The notes below the pieces were generated by a model. That model had not been told where the DNA came from, did no database searches, and was given only the letters and a program-made list of their open reading frames with translations. A program made the translations under genes and the position numbers. This document shows positions 9,843-17,952 of a stretch of 64,000 nt of DNA, in pieces. Where the stretch lies: positions 22,149 to 86,148 of IMG/VR virus record IMGVR_UViG_3300038345_000118; one strand, 5' to 3'. The stretch's first letter is position 1. Each line of letters starts with the position of its first letter. Source of the DNA: a virus. Its lineage: Duplodnaviria > Caudoviricetes.

Positions 9843-10811
9843 TCATGCTGCAATAGCCGTGATGCCGTCGTTCTCTTTTGCCTGACGCTCACCCTGTATG
9901 TAGCGGGCAGCTTTCTCTGCACGGCTGCTGGCCCACACAATCATCTTCGGGTCGTTCTTCAACTGTTTCAGCCAGCCTTGAATATAGGCCACGCTATTCT
10001 TGAAAGCCTTGTCGCAGTCCATACCGCAGACGTTCACTAACATGGCAGCACCCATCTCGGCCACCAGTTCCTCGCGGCTGTACGCCTCGTTGCCGAACAT
10101 AGCTACACCCGTCTGCTCGCTCTTGCGGTTGCATCGGCTCTCGATAAGCGTAGAGTGCGTCAGCTCATGGAAGGCGGTGGAATAGTATTCCTCCACATCC
10201 TGATACTGGCTCATCATCGGTACCACCACCTCGTCGGCAGCAGGCGAGAAATACGCTCGGTTGCTCGGTTTATTGTTGATGAACTTCAAATGCGGTTCAG
10301 CAGCCAGATAGCCTTGTATAGTACGCTCTGCCTTATCCACGGGCTGCAACGTCACCGTGGGCACATCGACTGTCAGCTTAGACGCGATACCCTCGCAGTC
10401 GTCGATGTGGAAGACGTGATAGAACTTCAGGATAGGCGCATAATACTCTTGGAACACCGTCACCGTCATCGTGTCGCCATCCTCCGTTTCCTCCTTCTCT
10501 TTCTTCATCACCGTGCGGGAATAGAAGCACACGATCCCGCTCTGTGCGCCCTTCTTGATAGAGCCGCCCAACGCTTTCACCTGCTTAAACGTCAGATACT
10601 CGCCAGGCTTGCCCAGCAGCATCTGGTTAATAAACGAATAGGGCTTGCGAGTGGTGTACGAGATAGCCCCTTCCTGCGTACCGCTCCACGGGCGACGCCA
10701 CGGGATAAGACCCTTCTCCATTTGTTCGACAATCTTATCCGTTACCATTTGGTAAACGTTAAACACCTTCTTCGTGCCACCCTTGGTGGACTTCGTTTTC
10801 TTTGTTGCCAT
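9843..10811 (-). CDS. ardC: ArdC-family antirestriction / ssDNA-binding protein
   Basis: YQMVTDKI..ME.G.IPWRRPW, KPYSFINQMLL, zincin-like YYSTAFHELTHST, YSREELVAEMGAAML. Confidence 0.9.
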   Translation of the reverse strand: MATKKTKSTKGGTKKVFNVYQMVTDKIVEQMEKGLIPWRRPWSGTQEGAISYTTRKPYSFINQMLLGKPGEYLTFKQVKALGGSIKKGAQSGIVCFYSRTVMKKEKEETEDGDTMTVTVFQEYYAPILKFYHVFHIDDCEGIASKLTVDVPTVTLQPVDKAERTIQGYLAAEPHLKFINNKPSNRAYFSPAADEVVVPMMSQYQDVEEYYSTAFHELTHSTLIESRCNRKSEQTGVAMFGNEAYSREELVAEMGAAMLVNVCGMDCDKAFKNSVAYIQGWLKQLKNDPKMIVWASSRAEKAARYIQGERQAKENDGITAIAA

Positions 10812-10835
10812 AATTGTAAATTTTTTGAGTTAAAC

Positions 10836-11318
10836 TTATGCTGCTTCCAGCTCTACTTCACCCCACCAGCCATCCACGCTGCGCAGATCGCTCTCATAGA
10901 GCACGCTCAGGCAGTTAAAGAACAGCTCTGCCACCGCACGATGAGCGGCCTCGTTTTCTATCTGATAGAGCACGCTCTTAAAGAAACTGAACATTGACAG
11001 GCGGAACTTTTTCTTATCCATCACGTTCTCTACCTTGTGAAAGATAATGCCGTTATCGGAGGCATAGCCCTCACGCTGGATGAGTGCGCCCTTCTTACGA
11101 TAAGATTCAAACACATCGTCGTACTGCTCCGTTTCAGGCATTTCACCGTCACCGTATTGCTCGTTCACGCTCACTACGTTCAGCGCGTAGGCATGTTCAA
11201 ACTCCTTGCGCACATTGTCGATAAACCACTTGTGGCTGTCGCGCTTCGCTTCCTCATAGCCACACATCAGGCCAGCGGCCTTGATGTACTCCACTTTGCT
11301 GATAATAAAACTGCTCAT
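10836..11318 (-). CDS. hypothetical protein, C-terminal -EAA
   Basis: Start re-set to MSSFIISK; 160 aa. Confidence 0.8.
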   Translation of the reverse strand: MSSFIISKVEYIKAAGLMCGYEEAKRDSHKWFIDNVRKEFEHAYALNVVSVNEQYGDGEMPETEQYDDVFESYRKKGALIQREGYASDNGIIFHKVENVMDKKKFRLSMFSFFKSVLYQIENEAAHRAVAELFFNCLSVLYESDLRSVDGWWGEVELEAA

Positions 11319-11331
11319 AGTCGTTTGTCGT

Positions 11332-11661
11332 TTAGATTTCACACATACTGCGCACCATTTCCTTCAGTTCTGCCTCAGTGGTCACGCCACGACGGCGGAA
11401 CTCCTTAGTAAGAGATGCCGTAGTCAGGTACGTCGGCATGGCGTAGTATTCCTCGGGATAGAGCACCTTGATAACCTTGTACTCATCCTCGGCCCAGTCA
11501 TAGTCGCCATTGTCCTCGGCATCCAGCGCGGCGTCCAGCCCCACGTTCAGGCGGTAGCCTCGCTCGCTCATAGTAACCACGCTGGCCTCGCACTTAAAGC
11601 CCAGCTCCTTTGCCGTGTCATTGATGAACTTGGCAAACACTTTCGATACTTTCACTTTCAT
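11332..11661 (-). CDS. hypothetical protein
   Basis: 109 aa ORF in the operon. Confidence 0.8.
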   Translation of the reverse strand: MKVKVSKVFAKFINDTAKELGFKCEASVVTMSERGYRLNVGLDAALDAEDNGDYDWAEDEYKVIKVLYPEEYYAMPTYLTTASLTKEFRRRGVTTEAELKEMVRSMCEI

Positions 11662-11674
11662 GGTTTACAGAGTT

Positions 11675-11923
11675 TTAGTCCTCAAAATAGCCGTCGATAA
11701 TAGCGAACGAAGCCTGTTCGCCCTCGCCAGTAGTCATGCGCACCTCGTACTCGTAGAAACCCTTGTCGCGGTTCATGCGGTCGATACGCTCAGTCACTTT
11801 GCCACCGCAGACGTCACACATACGCTCTACGTCGCTGTTCAGTTCTGCCTTGGCCTTGTCGTAGTTCTTGAAGTAGCGGTCGTGAATCCGACCGCCCACA
11901 TTCTTTCGATAGATTGCAAACAT
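11675..11923 (-). CDS. hypothetical protein
   Basis: 82 aa from ACTATG just after the upstream stop. Confidence 0.75.
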   Translation of the reverse strand: MFAIYRKNVGGRIHDRYFKNYDKAKAELNSDVERMCDVCGGKVTERIDRMNRDKGFYEYEVRMTTGEGEQASFAIIDGYFED

Positions 11924-11925
11924 AG

Positions 11926-12255
11926 TCACGCTGCTTTAGATAGTCCTTGTTCTTCACGTTCATCGTAGGGAATATAGAGCAGGTCGGCCTTGATGAGTGC
12001 GTCGATAGCCACACGGGCACACTTGCAGGCCCATTCGTCACGCGGATCGTACCAGCCCTTGCGCTCATAGGAGGCCAGCACCTTCAGGTACTCAATAGCC
12101 AGTTCTCCACGCTGCCCCACCAGATAGCGGTGGTCGCGAGCCATAGCCCGCGCCACGTCGCGCTTGTGATAGAGGCCGCCATTGATAAAGTTACTCTCTG
12201 TCTTCACGAACTCCTGTTCGTGCTCGTTAAGATTCAGTTCTCCGTCGTACATCAT
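11926..12255 (-). CDS. hypothetical protein, C-terminal -KAA
   Basis: 109 aa, ends QGLSKAA. Confidence 0.8.
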   Translation of the reverse strand: MMYDGELNLNEHEQEFVKTESNFINGGLYHKRDVARAMARDHRYLVGQRGELAIEYLKVLASYERKGWYDPRDEWACKCARVAIDALIKADLLYIPYDEREEQGLSKAA

Positions 12256-12303
12256 AGTCGTAAAGTTTTAAATTCTTCACTCTTCATTCTTCACTCTTCA
12301 CTT

Positions 12304-12480
12304 TCATGCAATAAGTCCGTCAAACGGGTCCCATGTGTATTCGATAGCACACACGTCCATGCCTTCGGCCTGCATGTCGGCCATAGCCTGCTTCTCGGCT
12401 GCGCTGATAGATGAAACACTTGCACCGGTTGCTGCTGCCAGTGCGATAACGATTGCCTTAGATGATTTCTTTGTCTTCAT
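12304..12480 (-). CDS. small hypothetical protein (58 aa, not in ORF track)
   Basis: MKTKKSSKAIVIALAAATG...DPFDGLIA; leader AACTCAAAAAATCACAAAAGTTATG like neighbouring genes. Confidence 0.7.
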   Translation of the reverse strand: MKTKKSSKAIVIALAAATGASVSSISAAEKQAMADMQAEGMDVCAIEYTWDPFDGLIA

Positions 12481-12548
12481 AACTTTTGTGATTTTTTGAG
12501 TTTATACTAATGCTTAATTCTTAATGCCTAATGCTTAATTGCCACTTT

Positions 12549-12761
12549 TTAGGCAGCGGTTTTATAGTCGCCTTTAGAAGATTCTTCACTCTTCACTTTT
12601 AACTCTTCACTTTCTGACTCGTCAGCGTAAGCAAAACAAACCGCAGCGCAACAAATCAGCGCAAGGGAATACAGAATCTGAATAGGGTTCACATCGATGC
12701 CCGTAGCCACGAGCATGCCCAGGGCGAACAGGATGCCGCCAACGATAGATAATTTTTTCAT
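12549..12761 (-). CDS. small two-helix membrane protein, C-terminal -TAA
   Basis: Two hydrophobic segments; tail contains the AGTGAAG repeat translated as EELKVKSEES. Confidence 0.75.
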   Translation of the reverse strand: MKKLSIVGGILFALGMLVATGIDVNPIQILYSLALICCAAVCFAYADESESEELKVKSEESSKGDYKTAA

Positions 12762-12776
12762 TGTTTTGTCCTCCGA

Positions 12777-12956
12777 TTAAAAATCAAATGCTGTTTCGAT
12801 AAATTTCTCTAAGCGGTCTTTCCGCCATTTGCAACCAAGATCACGGGCGAAGGCAAATAGTATGCGCTTCACTTGCGCCTCCGTATAGGTACGAGCGTCC
12901 CGCAGTTCCTGAACTTTAGGACGCATTTGTAGAATCATTGCTTTTGTTTCTGCCAT
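12777..12956 (-). CDS. small hypothetical protein (59 aa, not in ORF track)
   Basis: MAETKAMILQMRPK...FIETAFDF, fills the gap between co-oriented genes. Confidence 0.65.
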   Translation of the reverse strand: MAETKAMILQMRPKVQELRDARTYTEAQVKRILFAFARDLGCKWRKDRLEKFIETAFDF

Positions 12957-12976
12957 AGGAATATGGTTTTATAGAT

Positions 12977-13198
12977 TTAACATGGATAACACCCCATAGC
13001 CAGAGGCCAACCTTCAGGACCATAGCCCCCATAGCAATAGAGCTGTTCCCATACTTCATAGGTACTTTTGTAATAATCACCACCACGCTGCTGCTTAGAA
13101 TAAAGCGTAGGGATAGGCATACCATGTGCCATACAATAGTCGCTCACGGCCTTTGGCTCGCGAACTTCAAAATAGACTTCTGATTTCTTTGTTGTCAT
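12977..13198 (-). CDS. hypothetical protein
   Basis: MTTKKSEVYFEV..., preceded by GGAGGACAAAATTATG. Confidence 0.7.
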   Translation of the reverse strand: MTTKKSEVYFEVREPKAVSDYCMAHGMPIPTLYSKQQRGGDYYKSTYEVWEQLYCYGGYGPEGWPLAMGCYPC

Positions 13199-13227
13199 AA
13201 TTTTGTCCTCCATATTTTAGTGAATAA

Positions 13228-14262
13228 TAGTAGAAGAGGGCGGACTCGAACCGCCTGATGCCCACGTGGGGCGTCCAGCCCTGACTCTCTCGGCTATCGT
13301 ATGCGTGTGCTGCGTCGGCCACGCCTGACACCTGGTGTCCTGCGTTTGGATTCGTTGCCCATAGGCCATATTGTCAGCTCACGCAAATAGCGGGAAAAGT
13401 CGTTTACACTCTCCTCCTCCGTTTTATCTTCAAAATCTCGGATACACTTTACTTTAATCTGTCCCCCTCGTTTGTGTCCGACCCGAAACAGGCCGTTAGA
13501 TAACACGCTCATGCCGCTTGAAAACCGGCTGCACATGAAACGAGTACAGCACACTCACTGGCCACTCGCGCTCTACCCACCCAGGGGGCCTGGCGCTCAT
13601 AGCCCTTCGTGCGAAGGACAAGATATTGAAGTTCGTCGCGGTTTTTTCTTCCTGAGCCCCGCCCCTATGTGTGCATAGGTATTGTCCGCCGCTTGCAAAG
13701 TTTTATGCGGATAGGATAGAACCCCACCCGGCGAGACTCACTTTCGGACCCGGCTGCATCGTCCGCCTCGTGAGCGCCTATAAAAACGCCTTCGACTTCC
13801 TGCTCTCGCCTTCCTTGGATAGTCTTTAATTATAACCCTTCTGCCTTCTCGCCTGGGGCGGTTTTGCTTGAGTTCGTCACCTCCTTGCAACCTACCCCCT
13901 GCGCCCTCCACCGGGAGGGCATAGACAGTTCGTTATCTCGTGCGCCGAAACGCCTACCTAACTATCCGGTCCCAGATCGCTAACTATCCCGGGGCCTTGC
14001 GGCCTGCCTTTAGCTCTCTGCCCCTTTGCATTTAAGAGAGTGGGGGTACACCCGAGGTTTTCCGGCTATCCTTCTGCCTGCCTTTGCTTTTACTCCCTGG
14101 CCTTGGGAGGATCTTTTGCTCCCCCTTGCCCTGAAAACCGGGCTTTATAGTGGAGGATCCGGGGGCCTTGAAAACCGGGCCGATCCGGGCAAAATGTTTT
14201 TTAGTGGGGGCAGGGGGTATCGATCCCCCTTGCGCTCCTTGCGCCCCCTGGCCTTGCGGCCG
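13228..14262 (-). ncRNA. candidate large structured ncRNA ending in a tRNA-like T-arm module
   Basis: ~1 kb without a credible ORF; many hairpins (GGCC-GCAA-GGCC twice, AGGGGG/CCCCCT, GCCCTCC/GGAGGGC, CCTATG/CATAGG); 3' GGCGG-TTCGAGT-CCGCC. Confidence 0.5.
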
Positions 14263-14922
14263 TTATGCTGCAAACAATAGGGCGGCGGCCTCTGCCTCTG
14301 TTATTGTGCCGGCCTCCACTTGTTTTTTAAGATCCTGGGCTTTCTTTGCAAACTCCTTGGCCTTGTCTGCATAGGCCTTGCGCTCCTGACTCTTGGCCTT
14401 GCGCTCTGCCTTGCGCTCTGCCTTGCGCTCTGCCTTCTCTTTTGCCTTGCGCTCCTTGTCTTGCTCCTTGTCGATAGCTGCGGCGTATTTTTCAACAAGC
14501 CCCAGACGGGCGGCGGCAGCATCTATAACGGAGTTATCACTCCAACAACTTGCAAGCGTACCAATATAATATGTACCTGCAAAGTGGATCAAAACGTGAT
14601 CGGCGTCAGGTGTAAAACTTGGATCAAGATAGAAAGCCGTAGTATCAGTTACGGCAACAAGAGACGTAACCGGGCGGCCGTTAAAAGCATATATAGAACT
14701 CCACCAAAAACCGGCGCCGTCAACGAAGGCCGCATTTAAACGGGAATAAAGATCTTTAATGTTTTCGTTACTGTAACCTTCTACGCCCTTGGCCTCCTTG
14801 TCTCTGCCCTGGGCTACCTTATTCAGGTGCCGGAAAATGTAACCGGGGTTACTGTTGATCACCTTGTTTTCATTCTTTGCACCCTTTTTAACCTGGGCAG
14901 TGGTTTTTACTTGCTTATTCAT
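14263..14922 (-). CDS. first gene of the leftward operon; hypothetical with KAER coiled-coil repeats, C-terminal -FAA
   Basis: 219 aa, directly downstream of a TAACTTTG promoter. Confidence 0.85.
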   Translation of the reverse strand: MNKQVKTTAQVKKGAKNENKVINSNPGYIFRHLNKVAQGRDKEAKGVEGYSNENIKDLYSRLNAAFVDGAGFWWSSIYAFNGRPVTSLVAVTDTTAFYLDPSFTPDADHVLIHFAGTYYIGTLASCWSDNSVIDAAAARLGLVEKYAAAIDKEQDKERKAKEKAERKAERKAERKAKSQERKAYADKAKEFAKKAQDLKKQVEAGTITEAEAAALLFAA

Positions 14923-14969
14923 AACTTTAAATTTTTAAGTGTGAAACATATTGTTTATTAATTCTGCTG

Positions 14970-15036
14970 CAAAGTTATATCTTTTTCGTTTTACTCGCAA
15001 GCATTTTCTTAATTATTTTATCTTTTTCGTTTTACT
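14970..15036 (-). promoter_or_regulatory. Bacteroidetes-type promoter of the early operon with two direct operator-like repeats
   Basis: Minus-strand TAACTTTG at 14970-14977, TTGC about 20 nt upstream; ATCTTTTTCGTTTTACT at 14979-14995 and 15020-15036. Confidence 0.7.
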
Positions 15037-15211
15037 TTTTCCGATTTCTTGACAAAATATACAAAAGTATCTTTATTTTGTAATCTCAGAGTTTGCAAAA
15101 TGATACCTTAACCACTATATTCCTACCTGAAAACCGCAAACAAAGGCCAACACTATTTGACTTTAATAATGTACGCGCGAGAACTGGTGTTGCCTGGTGT
15201 TCACGCTCCAT

Positions 15212-15393
15212 CACCACCCACACCACCAGAAGCACACCACCAGAAGCACACCACCACCACACCACCCACACCACACCACCACACCACACCACCACACCAC
15301 ACCACACCACACCACCACACCACCACCCACACCACCACCACACCACACCAAAGCATATTTACAGCCGCCGCCGGACGCCCACACCCACCCCAC
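15212..15393. repeat. C1-3A (CACCAC/CACAC) low-complexity tract
   Basis: Nearly pure C/A run, including a tandem CACCACCAGAAGCA. Confidence 0.95.
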
Positions 15394-15486
15394 CGATACA
15401 ATGTGGCGCGGGGTGATCTCTGCGTAAGAAAAAAAAATGAAAAAAAAGTGGGAGGTTGGAAACGATTATAAAAGGGATGGAGCAAT

Positions 15487-15529
15487 AAACAACTGCGGAC
15501 TTCATCAAAAAAGAAGTCCGCAGTTGTTT
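15487..15529. terminator. perfect 17-bp inverted repeat, probable bidirectional terminator
   Basis: AAACAACTGCGGACTTC / GAAGTCCGCAGTTGTTT with T-rich flanks on both strands. Confidence 0.75.
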
Positions 15530-15705
15530 CCTTTTAATTAACTATAATAAATTAAATAGTGGTATTTATGTTAATCTAAGGTTTTATTTTAACACTCTAT
15601 ACCTTTTATATTTAACAATTCAATTTTAAATATTGAATGATTCTCTTTATTCTATTTTTAGAATAGAAAGTATAAAAAGGAAAAATGTTTTTACATAATT
15701 AATAT

Positions 15706-16230
15706 TTATTGTTCGTCAACTCCATCTTCTGCCACCACCTCATAACTGGAGAGCACCCCGGCGACGGCCAGCAGTTCAGCGTTGATACGGTCAACATCTT
15801 CACGTGTGATGTTACCATAGACGGGTGACTTAATAATAGACAAAGTTGTGCGACATTTGGTAATATTCCATCCCAGCAGTCTATTCAGCAGACCACGCAG
15901 TTTGAAATATTTATTCATTCCATTCTTAATCTGATCCACCACTGTAGGGTCGTAGGTTGTTCCTCGCTGATTAGTAAAAGTCTGATTACTTCCAAATGTC
16001 AGCAGGCATCCGCGTAATTCGTTGGCAACCAGTCCTAAAGTATCATTCAGACGCTGAATGTTCGATGCAGAAAACTTCTGCGGCTTTCCATGACGATTAG
16101 GCGTATGTAGGAAACAAGCACGTACAACACTATCACTTATCCCCATCATACCACCAATCGATGAAATTATGAAATTATGCTCAGTGAGATAGTCGTAAAG
16201 AAAGTCCTGTGACACCTTTATCTTTTCCAT
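15706..16230 (-). CDS. putative HTH transcriptional regulator (repressor candidate)
   Basis: 174 aa; N-terminal IISSIGGMMGISDSVVRACF has an HTH-like pattern; own promoter at 16286. Confidence 0.55.
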   Translation of the reverse strand: MEKIKVSQDFLYDYLTEHNFIISSIGGMMGISDSVVRACFLHTPNRHGKPQKFSASNIQRLNDTLGLVANELRGCLLTFGSNQTFTNQRGTTYDPTVVDQIKNGMNKYFKLRGLLNRLLGWNITKCRTTLSIIKSPVYGNITREDVDRINAELLAVAGVLSSYEVVAEDGVDEQ

Positions 16231-16285
16231 TAGTATATATATTTTTAAATGAGATTGTTGTAGCCTTTATTTATATTTTCGCCTA

Positions 16286-16311
16286 CAAAGTTATATCTTT
16301 TTTATTTTACC
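16286..16311 (-). promoter_or_regulatory. promoter sharing sequence with the early-operon promoter
   Basis: Plus-strand CAAAGTTATATCTTTTT(TA)TTTTAC is near-identical to 14970-14994. Confidence 0.7.
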
Positions 16312-16361
16312 ACAAAATCATTTAAATCTTTTTAAGAAAATAGTTTTTCTTACCTTATTAT

Positions 16362-16399
16362 AAAGAAAACAACCCGTCGGTTTTTAGTCCGACGGGTTG
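16362..16399 (-). terminator. intrinsic terminator downstream of tnpB
   Basis: Minus strand CAACCCGTCGG-ACTAAAAA-CCGACGGGTTG-TTTTCTTT. Confidence 0.8.
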
Positions 16400-16420
16400 G
16401 CTCGTCGCGTAGCAGAGAAC

Positions 16421-17920
16421 TGAGATTACCCCGTGCCTCGGAGGCATGAAGGATTTATGGTTACGAGCGTGTGCCTACCTTCTTCCCGTTATCAATTTCC
16501 CTATACCTTATATTGTTCCTTATCAGGTCGGAACGCATAGGGCTGACTTCGGGCATTGAACCGGTATTGCCTATCCCGGTTAAATTTCTTAGATTGATAG
16601 CAGCATTCAAGTCACGATCAATTACGTTGCCACATTCAGGGCAGCGATAAATTCGCTGATTAAATGTCATGCGTTGTTCGACATGTCCACACTGACAACA
16701 CCGACGAGTGCTTGGAAAATTAATTGGGGCCTTTATAATTTTTCTACCAAGCAGTTCGCCGAGAGTCTCCAGCCGATGACGTATCTCATAGAGTCCTACA
16801 TCCGCAAGGTGGGCATTCAGTTTCTTTTTGCCTTCCTTTCGTTCTACGGATTTTGCCATCTTTTTGATGGATAGCGTCTCAATGGAAATATACTGATAGT
16901 TAGCAAGGATTACCCCACAAAGACGATTACGTAAATCCTCACGCCTATTGCGTATGCGTGTGCGAAGCCTCCATAACTGTTGTTTCAACCGCAAAAAATT
17001 CTTTCCAGGTCTGTTGCCAGATTTCTTCTGCTTCGCACAACTGCAATGATTCATACGCTCCTGCAGTTTGTTCTCATGTATCAGTTGCCGCTCCCAGAAA
17101 CGGAGGTTCTCTATCATCAAGCCATCAGAGGTGACGGCCAGTTCTTTTATCCCGAGGTCTATGCCAATGGCAGCGGTGGGCGACTGGGCATATCGAGGAT
17201 GAACACGTATAAATTCTTCTTCAGTGATCTCAACGAGAAAACAAGCGTAGAAACGCTCGTTCTTTTGACGGATGGTAACGCTGACAGGTCTGCCTTCATA
17301 GCGAAGTGGCCGAGTCATTCGGACACAGCCGAGTTTTGGTAACAACAGGTAAGGCCGTTTATGGCAGGGCTTGCTACTGGGATCGTCTGCATAAGTCGGT
17401 ACAAGAGACCCATCACGGCGCTTGTGCATTTTCATTTTCACGCGGTGGTCGAGAATCTTTGCACCGCCCTCATTATTCGTTGGGAAGTATTCAGTGTAAC
17501 TTCCATGATTGTATGACTTATTCTTGGGTTTTGGAAATCCGCTCACCTCGTCGTTACCACCTTGTTTGATTTTTTCATGGCCTTTAAAGAAATTATCAAA
17601 GGCTCTTTGAAGGTCGTCAAAAGCATAGCAGGTGGCAGCGGACGAGATTCGTTTGAGGAACGGCCATTGTCCTGCTTTCTTCTCTTTATTAAACTGAGTG
17701 CGTATGTCACGGCAGTTTGTCCTCTGTCCGCTATCACGCAGACGTATCCACTCGCACAAGCCGTAGTTGTAGGCCAGCCGATGAGCGCCGAAGCACTGGC
17801 GGAAGTAAGTTTTCTGCTTATTGTTGGGTCGTATCTCTATGGTCTGTCGTACAAACATGCTGTTATGTTCTTTGTCTTTTGAGAAATCAGTCCGCCGGCA
17901 TTGCTACCGGCGGGCTGTCG
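16421..17920 (-). mobile_element. non-autonomous IS200/IS605/IS607-type element (solo tnpB); ends approximate
   Basis: tnpB without tnpA; right-end-like TGCCTCCGAGGCACGGGGTAATCTCA; upstream hairpin CAGCCCGCCGG/CCGGCGGACTG at 17888-17918. Confidence 0.55.
16461..17858 (-). CDS. tnpB: RNA-guided endonuclease TnpB
   Basis: N-terminal EIRPNNKQ..FRQCFGAHRLAYNYGL; RuvC-I IGIDLGIK, RuvC-II ISIETLS, Zn finger CCQCG..CPECG, RuvC-III DRDLNAAINL. Confidence 0.93.
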   Translation of the reverse strand: MFVRQTIEIRPNNKQKTYFRQCFGAHRLAYNYGLCEWIRLRDSGQRTNCRDIRTQFNKEKKAGQWPFLKRISSAATCYAFDDLQRAFDNFFKGHEKIKQGGNDEVSGFPKPKNKSYNHGSYTEYFPTNNEGGAKILDHRVKMKMHKRRDGSLVPTYADDPSSKPCHKRPYLLLPKLGCVRMTRPLRYEGRPVSVTIRQKNERFYACFLVEITEEEFIRVHPRYAQSPTAAIGIDLGIKELAVTSDGLMIENLRFWERQLIHENKLQERMNHCSCAKQKKSGNRPGKNFLRLKQQLWRLRTRIRNRREDLRNRLCGVILANYQYISIETLSIKKMAKSVERKEGKKKLNAHLADVGLYEIRHRLETLGELLGRKIIKAPINFPSTRRCCQCGHVEQRMTFNQRIYRCPECGNVIDRDLNAAINLRNLTGIGNTGSMPEVSPMRSDLIRNNIRYREIDNGKKVGTRS

Positions 17921-17952
17921 GTAAGAGATCTTTAGTTATCTGTCGGTGGAGT

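Noticed and set aside
13228-13300. Canonical tRNA gene
   Set aside because: Too short between acceptor and T stems, no D-arm or 7-nt anticodon loop, no CCA; kept only as tRNA-like
13970-14860. Apparent GATC enrichment at the start of the early operon
   Set aside because: About 11 sites by eye, but significance cannot be judged without a genome-wide count
15086-15485. His/Thr-rich and Val/Trp/Gly-rich ORFs
   Set aside because: Translation artefacts of the C1-3A repeat
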